From Trichosphaerium sp. ATCC 40318 (taxonomy: Eukaryota > Protista > Tubulinea): a stretch of DNA of 64,000 nt. This document shows positions 13,101 through 24,379 of this stretch, piece by piece. The translations under genes were made by a program, and so were the position numbers. Within the stretch, counting starts at the first letter, position 1; every line of letters begins with the position of its first letter. The stretch is taken from assembly GCA_038496445.1 (NCBI GenBank), contig JALMLS010000143.1, forward strand, positions 124,001-188,000. The letters are read 5' to 3'. The notes beneath the pieces were generated by a model. That model made no database searches. It saw only the letters and a list, made by a program, of their open reading frames with translations, and was not told the DNA's origin.

Positions 13101-13259
13101 TACGCGGCCGCATTTTCGTGGTTATATACCCCAGGTTTCATTCTGGCAGATCACATTAATATAATATTCTGGAAGCACCGACAGAGGAGGTAATGGTGCA
13201 AAAATAACTAGCTATGTTTACCTATCACTATGAGGAGCTTGACGGGACATCCTATCCAT
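10101..13259 (-). CDS. Multi-exon putative transcription factor: P/Q/Y-rich N-terminus, Cys/His-containing domain resembling Spt23/Mga2-type DNA-binding domains, NLS, helical C-terminus
   Basis: Exons encode CARCREKDKILTKRKRKR, GEIKFRIRIGCCVGVNKQHH, IRVLGK and KKRKKRK. Start and some exon joins are uncertain. Confidence 0.5.
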
Positions 13260-14197
13260 CAGTTGGCATTTAATTATTCAACAAGTGTATTTTAAAGTAT
13301 TCGGGAGACAAGTTGCGCGGTCGGCTTGGCTTCTGGGAATCAGACTTAATCTGAAAAACTGCGTAATACTTTGCTGCTTACAGTCATCCCGGAGGGGAAG
13401 TGTGGTAGTTTTAGGAATGGAACGCTCATTTTTCTTTTGTTTTGGATATTTCTTTTGGGCTGCGACGAAACGGCGCAATAAACTACCCAATAACAGACGC
13501 TATTATGTCGAAGCTTTATAAATAACTAATTTTTCTACTCCGCACTTTTGGACGGAGTTACAAGTTTTGTGGTTTGTGGCTACGCAACATGAACCGTCAA
13601 TACCTAATAAAACATTTTTCGGCATCTGTGAGCAGGGAGAAACCAATGACTGCACACAAAAGAACTCTAGGAATAGCAACAGAATTCTGACGCTTTTCTA
13701 TACTAGTTTGAACGTTGTTTAGAGGAGTGTGCACGTTCAACATACACAAAAGCCCGTTGCGGTGATCTTAACAAAATTTTTTGGTAGTACTACGTCATAG
13801 TTCAACCCACGCGAGGAGAAGTGCCAAGGGTTGTGCTGGAGGCACTCTTCTTATCTCAACGGTCGGTAAGTAGACGACCATTTCAACGTTTGCTTCTAAT
13901 TTCTACGCGTGTACTGCAAAGTTCCCACACGTTCACTACACTGCCGTTTTACCGTACTTTTTTTTTTGTTTGGGAGGAGTTGTAGTAAGCGTGCAGCTTC
14001 ATGGTTGCACGTGATGCTTTTTGTCCTTTTACAGTGAAGAGTCAGAAACCAAATGAGTTACAAAGTGTACTGCAAGCTAAGCAACAGGCGTATCACGTCA
14101 GCAATGACCAGTGAAAGTCTTTCTGTTTGCTATTTATTGCGTAAATTTCAACAAACACTTTGCCTGGCTGTTTTGTCATTGAGAACGATCAAAAGCT

Positions 14198-16205
14198 ATG
14201 GAAGAAACTGCTCTTAGTTACTACTTGAAAGGTGATGCTATTACGTTGCGTAGTTAATTGACAATGTTTAGCACTTAAAGCTGAGCAATCTAATAAACCG
14301 CACGAAGCTGTAAAGCTGTACAGGTTGGCTTTAACTGATTACGGTTTTTTTTTCTTATTTTTATGCTAGACGAGCCTTTAAACTTGACCCAGAGCTAGAA
14401 TCACGCGTAAGGATAACATAAATGACAATAACAGTCAAAGTCATTTAACGAAAATCTCTAGATTCCCTTGGACTACTTTGAAGTCGATAATGTATTCTAC
14501 GATGGGCTGGTAAGGCGTTCACGGCTTTGTTTTGACTGATACAGAAAAAAATAAAGGGAGAAATCTTGCCATACAATAAAAACGATGAGGAAGCCCAGAC
14601 TGCTGACAAGGCCATCGGAACAATCACCTACGATGTACGTCCAAACAATCTTAGTATCTTTTAACTCTTAGAAGCTCCCTAAAGTGCCAAGAGACAAGAA
14701 TGGATTCGTTCAAAGTTTTACTGTTGATCAACAAGAAGAATACTTGGCGTTTTTCGAAAAATTTGGATTTGTTGTCGTTGACAACGTCCTAACACAAGAT
14801 GAAGTTGATGATACAGTAGATGAAGTATGGCAATACCTTGAAGGTGATAAATGGGGCTTTAAAAACGCTCAGATGGTACTTAATGGAGGAAAAGAAAACA
14901 TGTTTTGTAACAAACGTTTTAAGGTTGATAGAAATAATCCTTTGACGTGGGATGACGATTCATGGCCTCGTTCAATCCGTGAGCTAGGTATTCTAGGATC
15001 TTCTGAAGCCAAAGGTACTGTAAAATGATGGGTACAATCTTATAATTGTATTAGGGAAGATGGCGTGGAAGAACAGAGAGAATCCAAAATTATATTCCGT
15101 CTACAAAACGCTCATGGGCCGTGATGATTTATGGGTTGCTGTAGACCGATATGGAATAATGAGACCTACAAAAGAGGTTCCTGAAGAAAAATTGGAGAAT
15201 GTTAGAGCACGTGTTAATACAGTAGTACGTAGTAATGAAACAACAGTTCAAAAAAAAGTAACCAAAATTAGGGAGAAAATTTGAAACGAAAAGATCACCC
15301 AGAATGGCGTACAGACGCATCATGGATGCATTGGGATCTTAACGTATGCTTAACTTAATAAATGGAGCATAGTAGATTTTAATTGAATATGTATTAGCCG
15401 TGGAAATGGACAAGTTCTCGACAAGGAAAAAAGTACAAGTTTTCCAATTTCATATCAGAAAATAACGGAAGTGGAAATGATGGTATTAGATACTCCTCGG
15501 TGTACACCTTCTTACCTCTTTATTTAGGAAATAAGAAACTACAAGGATTAGTTACATTGACTGAATCAGGTGAATTCGATGGTGGGTTCATCACAGTACC
15601 AGGTATCGACCATTGCTTTATTTTTTATGTTCACATGATTTTTTGTTTACCTTCTGTAATAGGATTCTGTAATGTTTTAGCGGACTGGTGTAAAAAAACA
15701 TCTGGTTCACTTTATCATCAACGTCATACATCTACAGATGATTTTGTATATTGTCCTTCACGTACTACTATTATTTACTTCATAAGCTCAGAGTTAACGT
15801 ATGTTTAGATGATAAATTATGTGGTCAAGGAGAAAAAATTACAGCAAGGTATTTTTGTTGTTGTTATTGTGATTTCTTACGAGCTATAGACCGGGGTCAC
15901 TCATTGTCTGGAGTAGCGAACAACCTCATTGTAATTTCCCCAATTACAGTTCTCGTTTTAGAATAAACCAGTACATCAAAATGTTCCCGCAACATGTACT
16001 AGTTTATTATTATTTGTTTTTTTATTAATAAGCTCAATCTAGGAGGGTGATGATGGAACAGAGGTACGTCTTAAAAAGATAAAGGAAATGTTACCAGATG
16101 ACTATAAGCCTTCTGAAATAGGTACGTTGACATCAAATGGGCACATGTATAATAAGTTTAGGCGCAAAGCTCTTTTCTCTTGACTCCTGGCAAAGTTCTA
16201 AATAA
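14198..16205 (+). CDS. Phytanoyl-CoA dioxygenase-like Fe(II)/2OG oxygenase with N-terminal Hrt3/FBXO9-like helical motif
   Basis: Spliced MEETALSYYLKALKAEQSNKPHEAVKLYRRAFKLDPELE; FFEKFGFVVVDNVL; WMHWDLNPW (HxD); LQGLVTL..DGGF..VPG; GSLIVWSSEQPHCN. Confidence 0.85.
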
Positions 16206-16277
16206 GAATAACAATCAATAAAAAGTTTTAATAAATTCGGGTATCTGAGCCACCATTTTACCATCAACCCACGTGCG

Positions 16278-16769
16278 CTAGTACTTTAATTGTCCGTTAT
16301 AGTACCAAGATTTACTTTCGCCATGTTTTTTACCATCAACCCACGTGCACTGGAATTTTAGTTGTCCGTTATCGTACCAAGACTTACTTTCATTCGTTTT
16401 ACCTTCTATATTTATGTACTGAAATTTTAATTGTCCGTTTTTGTACCAAGATTTACTTTCAATCCACGTGTGATGGTACTTTAGTTGTCCATTCTCATAC
16501 CATCCTTTACTTTCGCCATGTCTTTTACCATCAACCCACATGCACTGGCGCTTACACTGTCCACTTTTATACCAATACATCCATATTCCTTTTCGCTGCA
16601 ATGTTTCATCAAAATGTGTATTAATTGCAGCTCTCTTTGATAGAGTGTGGTATTTTGTGAATACTTCCACATTGAAAGTACAAATGTAAGTTTGAAGTTC
16701 ACAAGGAATATCCAGTAAACTCAGAGAAGAACCTAGGTTACTACATCTTTTTTTTATGCTCAGGTCCAT
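16278..16769 (-). CDS. Intronless F-box-like + MORN-variant repeat protein; premature TAG in last repeat
   Basis: SLLDIPCELQTYI, then repeats HGESKGWYENGQLKY / CTWVDGKK. The TAG at 16278-16280 sits where the previous repeat has CAG and is followed by RTWVDGK. Confidence 0.8.
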   Translation of the reverse strand: MDLSIKKRCSNLGSSLSLLDIPCELQTYICTFNVEVFTKYHTLSKRAAINTHFDETLQRKGIWMYWYKSGQCKRQCMWVDGKRHGESKGWYENGQLKYHHTWIESKSWYKNGQLKFQYINIEGKTNESKSWYDNGQLKFQCTWVDGKKHGESKSWYYNGQLKY

Positions 16770-17421
16770 CAGGCTAAAAAAGATATTAGGAGTATACTGA
16801 GAACATGACGTGAAATAAACCGTTTTTTTCAACAATGTTTGCGCTACTTTTCGCGAGATTGATTACCCACGTTGGCAATGAAGGTAACGGTTCGAACGAA
16901 ACACGTGATTTCTTAGAGAAGTCAATGTCTCCGATTTGCAAAAAATAGTGCAAACCTGGTTTCTTTTTGAGGAATGTCAGTTTAGATGGAATGAAGTCTT
17001 GTTCATAACATTGTTCGTTACAACTGAGGTATTTATGTGGTTTTACGTACCAATCACTAATTAATTAATGTAGATTAAACGTTTATAATACAAGGTATGT
17101 GAGCCGTGGGTGACTTTTTCACCGGTTGTTGACAAAGTCTGACTTATTTTTCAAAAGGAATATTTGTTTCTAACCATTTTTATTTCAATAAACACTACTG
17201 GTGCTAAGGTAGGTTATGAAACATTTGCTAGCTAATTCTGGTGATAATGGTAAATTGTTTCTGAGAGTGATATCTGTTCTTTGGTGGTTGTACATGAAGC
17301 ACAGTACCATAACATGTATAGTTGCATTTTTATGAACTTTTTTTTTATTTTAGCAACACGGTCTAGCTGTACATTCTAGATTAAACCTAAGAATCCCTCT
17401 AAGATATTGATGTCCATCTAT

Positions 17422-20372
17422 TCATGTCGCATGTTGTGCGAGTTTTGTTATTTCGTTTATAAGAATATCAGAAACATCGCCCTAGAGGTAACAATCAAGT
17501 TTAGTATTACTTGACTTTTTACAAGGAGTCAAATAATGTACCTTGGGTTGTTTTCGTAATTCATCTATATTATTCCAAAGTGAAGATTGTACGTGAGCTA
17601 TAGCTTCATTTTCATGAACATCGTGACCACGGAACTAAAAGTATGAGTAAGTTGTTCCTCAACAGTTACTTTTTTTTAGTTTTTGGGACTTTACCTTTGG
17701 TGAGCCTTTTGGTCCACCTCTTGACGGATCCTAAACACGAGGGATTAAAGGGTATTCACGAATTCAAGCAATCTACGTACCACTGCTTTGTCAATAAACC
17801 CTTGAAGTTTGTCCATGTTCTGATCAATGAAAGGATTCGCAAAAGTCATGTATGGTTCCTTTCCACCAAACGTTGTGGAATTTGCCATTGTCATCAATAT
17901 CTTCGATATCAGCTTTAAAGCACGACCACTATTGGGTTTTGGCAAGTCTGCATGGGTATTAATGCGCATATTAGAGGTTTTTAAGAGTATCTGTACCTTG
18001 TGCCAAGCCATACAAACTTGGGCTTAGAATAGCAGGACAAAAGTAACGAAGGAAAATAAATCCGGATGGTGCACTATTGCGATGTTTTTAATGAATAGAA
18101 AAGATATACCAGTCCATGTAATTACCTATACGCAGCACGTGTATCATCTCCCCATTTTTTTTGTACACCTTCTCTCATAGTTTTAAAGATTTCTCGAAGA
18201 GGCCTAAAACCTGTCAGTACATTTAAGAAAAAAATAGGATTGTTACGCTGGCAAGTTTCTTTCTGAGCTTAGTATACTTTGCCAAATAGCATCTATCGTA
18301 TAGTATTAACAACAAAGAATGAAAATTGCTTTGAAAACAATTAGTCACGTGCCTGTTTTTTGCATCAATCTTTTGCTGTTCCTTATGAGCTTCGATTTGT
18401 CTTTACATTTTGTTGGATCCACCTGTTTTGGAGGTAAATAAAATGGATGTGGAAGTCCTTGTATTACCTCATGTGAAGATTTGTAGTCTTTGTATATACT
18501 TGCTACATGCATACCAAGCGTTGATTGCAATAAATCAAATCCAAGAAGGTTAACATAAGCATCAACAACAATAGAAGCTGCTGTGTTTTTTCTGAAAATA
18601 ATACTTTCACTGCCTAACAGTCTCGATTAAATATCGTCACATCTACCACTGAGAATCAACGTACTTGTTTCTTCTATTTCCTTAAGGACTAGATTGTTTA
18701 TATATTGTACTGCTGTTCCTTCGTGGTGCAATGCAGCAATGATAGAACGGAAGATTGGCTTTTTAGCACCAGGTCCTTTTGAGGTCAAGGCGGTATCTAC
18801 CAAATCAGCGATAGCTGGTTCAGATATCAATGCAGCCAAGTCTTGGGTATAAGGTTTTGGCAACAAGAACGCAGTCTAGGTCATGGTAAGCTCGTTGTGT
18901 AAATAAAAATAGACCCAAGAATCGTACAAGGCATTCCATGCGTATTCTAATGGATCCTCTATTCTTTTTTTGTTCTGCTCTTTCAAGCCTTTCAAGATTC
19001 ATTAGAAACTTAATCTTGATATAAAATCTTACCCAGCGCCTTTACTACGAAGTTTGAACCAACCGTCGACTTTGTGCTTACGCTTTAAATCTCTCAGTGT
19101 TATCGCAAACTCTCCTAAAAAAACACTTGAATAAAACAAAAAGCGGTCACTTCATAAGTATACCAATGTAATCGTCGCCACTTAGTAAATCTTCATCGTA
19201 CACTAAGTACTTAATGACTTTCGAACCATCAGGTACAATACTAGTATTATCAGTAAAGCTGTGAATGGTAGGGAAACAAAAGAGTGGCGTACAAATGATA
19301 TTCTTGCATCCAAGAAGGATCTAACGATTTTTGGATTGTCTTCGTTCTAAACAACCTTTGGTCATCAGCTAGTATCCTTACATAAGGGTCGCTATATCCG
19401 TTTACATCCATTGCAGGAAGTTCTTTAGCTTCAGCAACTAGAAAAAAAGTTAAAACCAACACACGTGTCTACTCTTGGCTATTTCAGAAAATTCACAAGC
19501 AAAGTCTGAAAAAAATACACGTCACCTTTTACAGTTACCCAACACTTCTCTATTGGGTCAAAATTCTTTGGTAATTTATCTGTCCATTCATTTCTTTTGT
19601 TTCCTGTTCTTGCTGGTCTCTCACTTTGAGAACGCTTAAATCCGAATGGTTTTTTTGCTTTTGATTTTGGTGGAGGGTCTGAACTTTTGGACTTTGTTGA
19701 GAGCATTGGTGCAGGCGAACTATCGCTTTTTATTACCCCATTACGTACTAAGACGCCATCATTTGTAGAACTAAAGAAGGTCGCACAAAGCTAATAAAAT
19801 GGGTAAATAAATAGTAAAGAAGTAAATGTTTTTGAAAATCATACTTTAAGAAAAGTTTGAAGACCTCTTGCGAAGCCAAGTAGAACTTCTCTATTCGCTG
19901 AACTACAACTCTGTTCCATATAGTCTAAAATACCCGTCGTTGTTGCTGTTATCTTAAGCAAAGCTATACAATGTATAAATAAGAAACCACGTGACAGGTT
20001 TTAAAGGCGAACGCGCTCTTTTTATTTTTTTATCTTACCTCTTTTAACTGTTGATCCTGTCGATGACTTTACAGCTGTTCTCATTGATTTTTTAGCTGAA
20101 CCGCATTCGTGACCTTCTGTATCTGCTATGGCTAATATCACGTGATTAACATGTGAGTAAACGTGTTTTACGGCAAATTAAAAAAAAAAACCGTCAAAGT
20201 TGGCCTTACATTGATACATTTTAAGAGCTGATACAGAGAGCAGTTTGAGAGCGGGTGAGACGGTCTTCGCATCTGGCTCTTCGTTAATTTTTATTTCTAG
20301 TTTAACGTGGTATGCTTTTGCTGTAGCAAGAAGCGCAAGCATTTGTTCTCTCAATTGAGCGAGCTGATCCAT
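17422..20372 (-). CDS. C2-domain Ras GTPase-activating protein
   Basis: C2: EAKELPAMDVNGYSDPYV..RTKTIQKSLDPSW. RasGAP: IFRKNTAAS, FSLRYFCPAILSP, RALKLISKILMTMAN..FGGKEPYM..ANPFI. Start uncertain. Confidence 0.9.
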
Positions 20373-20618
20373 TACTGTCCCCAAAAACGCCGTTTTGTTG
20401 ATTACAAATTTTTCGGGTGAAGTTAAGTAGCCTTACCCTTAAACCCGATTAAAAAAACCATACCACCGCTTTCATCCATTTAGAGATAATTGACCCATGT
20501 CGTTGGAGGGCCTGACTTAAACCCAAGCCAATAAAGTTCAACATTAATTAAAAAGTTCACAGTTTGCCTTTTGTTTCGTATCAATTAAAAAATGGCTTAC
20601 ACTTTAACTACGTTTTAA

Positions 20619-21996
20619 TTATAACCAACAACAAAATCCCAAAGAGCCGAGAAGTACTAAGCTTTCCATAGCATATAGTGGTATCCAAGCGTGCCATAGT
20701 TTCATGGTAGTACCATCAAAGGGTTGTGCGAGCACCATGTACATTAGACCGAGAGATACACATATTGGTACTGCGACTATAGCAAAAATTATATTGTAAC
20801 AGCACTCACCTCTATACGTCTAAACTGGGTTAGCCTTTTGATACTATGCATCTAAATAATGATGATAACCTAAAACATACCGAAATTTGAGTCAACAAAA
20901 TCATTATTGTAATGAAAGCAAGGTAGAAAATTGGTGAACAGATGATTGCCCTAAAGAAATTATTTTTAGACTTTTTGAACATTATGACAGTTACACAGTA
21001 CCAATCTATGTCGTATACGCCTTCCACTTGTAGTGATACTAAAATAGACACCACAATCAGTGCAACGATAGTATTTGTAGGCAATACTTCGTATAATCGT
21101 CTACAAAACTGTAAGGAAAAAACCAGAACTTACAAAAAAAAAGAAGATTTGTCTGTTTCTTATTATTCGTAGTACTTGAAAACTGCTGTCTTCCTGTTCG
21201 TATCTTTGTAATTAAAATCGTGCTCATAATCAGGCCTAAAATGGAAAAAAGAATAAACACAGAAATCACGTGTGCACAACGTGATAAAAAATGTAAAGAA
21301 GACGATCAAAAATCATCAAAAAAAAACCCTAAAACTTACCATTTGGAAGAAGATACAATGAGAAATAATGAAAGAACAAGCCATAGAGGCGCACAAACAA
21401 TGTACGTTGATATATTGTTATATTGCAATTTTATTGGCACCAATACTCTAAAAATAAACAATAAGTGTTATGGTGTCTTCTATTAGTGCGTACTCAAATG
21501 CGCAGAGCGCAGCAACACCAACCCATAAGTATACAAGTCCACCAAGCTCTCTTCTATCCCAATGGCTTGAAGTCTTTTCTACAAAGTACCAAGCCTACCC
21601 GTTGCGTAAGTAACGCGAATAGTATTGTTTGTAGCGTACAAATACAAAAAGTGATAACGTTGAAGCCCATAATGGCGAAAACACCTAAATTACGTTTAAT
21701 CTGTAGTCCAGTATTGCTATTAAACGCGTACGCCTAACCAATTCCAATTTATTACACCATCGACTCTGAGAACGAATAATATGGTCCTGAAGGTAGATCA
21801 GTACGCTGATAATGCGGTTTTTAATAGTACCAGAAGCAAAATACCCAATAAAGGAGCATTAGCATGAAACCTTTGCAACAGTGACCCATTCTTGCTATTT
21901 AAATCGTAAACGACCTCTAACGTACAAATCAACTAAAAAAAATTTTCATCAGTTCACTGATCGTTTTTCAACGTCAGTCTTCACTGATTTCCGCAT
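20619..21996 (-). CDS. TMEM185/TMEM60-family multi-pass membrane protein
   Basis: Repeated LRVDGVINWNWLGVFSPLW, IKLQY..IVCAPLWL, LQVEGVYDIDW, WHAWIPLY motifs. 5' end unresolved. Confidence 0.75.
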
Positions 21997-22261
21997 TTAA
22001 CCTAAAACACAATCAAGGACGAACCCATTGTTGGGTTGACCATTGTTAATTGGAGCTGTGTTTTGATTAATCCGTTTACATTAAAATCCGTCTTTTAGAG
22101 TCGTTTTCGATCACGTGATTTTTGTTGTATCTGCTTCTTGTGCAACTTTCAAAGCATACAATACACGTCTTCACATCAGTGAGTGAAAACACATTTGGCA
22201 GTAGGTACCGACGTCGTCTTTTCTTTGAAAGTCTAGTGGTATTTTTGAACAAGTTCTATCA

Positions 22262-23214
22262 ATGGGGAGCGCGTTAGGAAAACTGTTTGGGGGCGTCCAA
22301 ACTAGGTCCAGAATACTTTTGTTGGGTTTAGACGCTGCTGGTAAGGTAAAGTACTAGAGCCACGTTATTAGGTTAGCTAAATAGCCTTTTTTGTAGACAA
22401 CGATCTTGTACAAGCTTAAAGTGCGGGTTTTGGTTTTTGGATATATTTTTTTCACAAAACTTTAGCTAGGCGAGATTCTGACAACGATACCGACCATAGG
22501 ATTTAACGTTGAGTCCGTTAGATACAAAAACATTGACTTTATTGCTTGGGATACTAGTACGTGGTGAACTAATTTATTTCCGTTACTGACAAACAGTTAG
22601 GTAGCAGATCCAGTGCACGTGATTTTTTTTTTAGTGTATTGTCTAACTCAGGTTTAGCTTCGACCTTTGTGGAGGCACTGCTATGTACAACATGGTAAAA
22701 GTAGCGATGTTTAACTATCATACTTACTGGTATCAGGTGTGTCTGCAATAATTTACGTATGTGACTGCAATGATAAAGAGCGGTTGCCTGACCTAAAGGT
22801 ACAAATCGAAAAAAACACGGAATACTTCAAAGAAGAATTTAAAGATGTTCCAGTACTTGTATTTGCAAACAAGCAAGGTATGCAATTTTTTTACTACAAT
22901 AAAAAGAACTTATGGAGCCGCAAACAACAGATTTACCATTGGCAATGAGTGGTGACGAGGTATTTGTTTTACAAAAGCACTATGCTTTCAACCCTAATAG
23001 CATATTAGATTGGTAAAGTCTTAGACCTTGACCAAACAGTGTCTGGTGATTGGTTCATACAAGAATGCTCTGCTTTTAAAGGTGAAGGCCTATACGAAGT
23101 ATGTAGAGTGGAAAAAACACAATTAGTGAAAATGTTAACAAAATACAGGGTTTGGATTGGGTAAGCAATCAATTAAACAAATCACAGCAACAACTGAAGT
23201 CACAACACGCCTAA
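22262..23214 (+). CDS. Arf-family small GTPase with degenerate G3 box
   Basis: MG myristoylation start, [54 protein letters not shown]. Confidence 0.92.
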
Positions 23215-23503
23215 TCACAGTGACAGTCAAATAGACCGAGTTGCTCCATTAAAGAGAAAAGTGTTAATGAGATTCGAATGTCGTTAATAAAGAATCAGAG
23301 AATAAGACAACATTGCTTTATATTGCTTTATAGTCAGCAAAACGAATATACAACGCACCGAAAGATCTAACAACCCTATAATAGGCTAATTTCAAGGTGT
23401 GCAGCACAATTCGTTTCGGGTTTTTCACATGTTTTATTTTTAATTCTCATGAATTGTACTTTCCAGAATAGAGCGAATACAACAAAGACAATAACAACCA
23501 ACA

Positions 23504-24118
23504 ATGAGTAAACCATCTGACGCTAAGCCTACTTTTGAAAAGACAGTTCAAGCTGCAAGGAAACATTATTTAAAAAGATTTGGCTTGAGCGCTTTACCAA
23601 AGGATTTAGACTTTATGATGTACCCTAAAACGCTGTTGTGTGCGGCAAATGGCGATGGTGAACTGGCACCAGCTGAACGTAACCACGTAATCGGTGTAGC
23701 AGCGTCTTTCATGGTTCCTGGTGCGTAAATGAAGATTAACATGCGTACTAGCTTTTTGTTCTTATGAAATTGTATAGACGCTGTGATAGACTTTCTGGAG
23801 ACCTATGAGGCGAATGACGATGTAGAAGAATTAATTAAAGACGTTGCGTCGGTTGAGGGCATGAGTCCTATTGGACCACTAATTTACCATGCGATACAAG
23901 CGTCCTATGCTGATGGCACTTTCCATGATGGTAATTGCAAATAGTGCTATGTTTTTCGATTTGACACAATTGTAGATGAGCGTGCTGTTGTTTATAAGAT
24001 TGGAGCGAAGCTTGGGCTTAAGAAGCAAGCAGTAGATGATATTATTAAGCTTGTAGAGGATGAGGAAGCCATCAGACAAAGGCGCATTAAACTCTTTTCA
24101 GCATGCTCTAAGAAATAA
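23504..24118 (+). CDS. TerB-like duplicated helical-domain protein, 3 exons
   Basis: LLCAANGDGELAPAERNHVIG and LIYHAIQASYADGTFHDDERAVVYKIGAKLG, two TerB-type ADG..E motifs. Confidence 0.7.
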
Positions 24119-24379
24119 GCTGCGCGGCGTAAATTGTAGAATAAAACAAACGTTGACTTTTATTAAACTAAAGTTTATGTAAATACTGTCAATAGCACCA
24201 CTATGTCAGGTAAACCTCCATTGACGCGATCACAAAGTGTCGTAAACCGACCTGTAAGTAAAAATGGTTAACTTTTTCCAATCAACGCCCTCATGTCAAT
24301 ATTCGAGTTTTTTGCGCTTATTTACGCAATAACAACTTGTTAAATCATTAAATCGCTGAAACGAGCTTAGAAACCCAAA

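Noticed and set aside
13800-13885. Two small hairpins in an intergenic region, possible ncRNA
   Set aside because: No recognisable snRNA, snoRNA or tRNA motifs.
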